This document shows, piece after piece, positions 63,793-64,000 of a DNA stretch of 64,000 bases. The number at the start of each line of letters is the position of its first letter. The stretch's first letter is position 1. The stretch comes from Patescibacteria group bacterium. Lineage in GTDB: Bacteria > Patescibacteriota > Patescibacteriia > UBA9934. Made by a program: the position numbers and the translations under genes. The notes under the pieces were generated by a model that saw nothing but the letters and a program-made list of their open reading frames with translations, was not told the origin of the DNA and did not search any database. The stretch covers positions 43,290-107,289 of the forward strand of contig JBAZWW010000002.1 of NCBI GenBank assembly GCA_041660165.1. Reading direction: 5' to 3'.

Positions 63793-64000
63793 TTATTCTG
63801 TCTCTTTATCGAGAATTCGCTCTAAGACGAAGAACCCGTGTCTTACCTTGCTAGGCTTGATCTCGCGCTCCCGTTTCATCCGGAACCCTTGGCCCTCAAA
63901 ATAGGCTTCCCAATCCTGTTGATTTTTATAGTTGTGCGGTCCATGGCTCAAAACCTCCGTATTTAGGAGCTTATCCATCATGACTGTGGTCTTCCGCTCC
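63793..64000 (-). CDS. 3' end of a gene truncated by the window edge (possibly a methyltransferase)
   Basis: Open frame ending HNYKNQQDWEAYFEGQGF..HGFFVLE. Confidence 0.5.
   Translation of the reverse strand, partial: ERKTTVMMDKLLNTEVLSHGPHNYKNQQDWEAYFEGQGFRMKREREIKPSKVRHGFFVLERILDKETE

Overview
Chromosomal window of a reduced-genome bacterium, very likely Patescibacteria/CPR (inferred from the Cys-rich pilin, DUF4012 protein, tRNA-Ile(UAU), divergent RNase P RNA and SD-less core genes). It holds housekeeping genes (ileS, valS, tyrS, argS, trpS, ruvA, rnj, secG, rplS, cmk, RluA-family, nusA, yidC), a surface-glycan cluster, a class III ribonucleotide reductase operon, six tRNAs and rnpB. No CRISPR array, rRNA, transposase or integrase was seen. 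Main unexplained signals: (1) two dispersed copies (41864-41992, 62819-62944) of a ~127-nt long hairpin with compensatory stem changes and invariant bulges; (2) an nrdD leader combining NrdR boxes, a Com-like Zn-ribbon gene, a tandem 8-mer and a terminator-like hairpin, ahead of an NrdD whose glycyl-radical domain is a separate ORF; (3) several REP-like palindrome families, with copies in-frame inside ileS, valS, a FemAB gene and nusA, and inside RNase P RNA; (4) many self-contained orphan cassettes (promoter, SD, ORF, terminator); (5) DNA palindromes within rhuM and kilA-N coding sequences; (6) a CCA-adding enzyme homologue lacking its catalytic DxD, and an NrN-like DHH protein. All family calls come from reading motifs by eye; no database searches were run.
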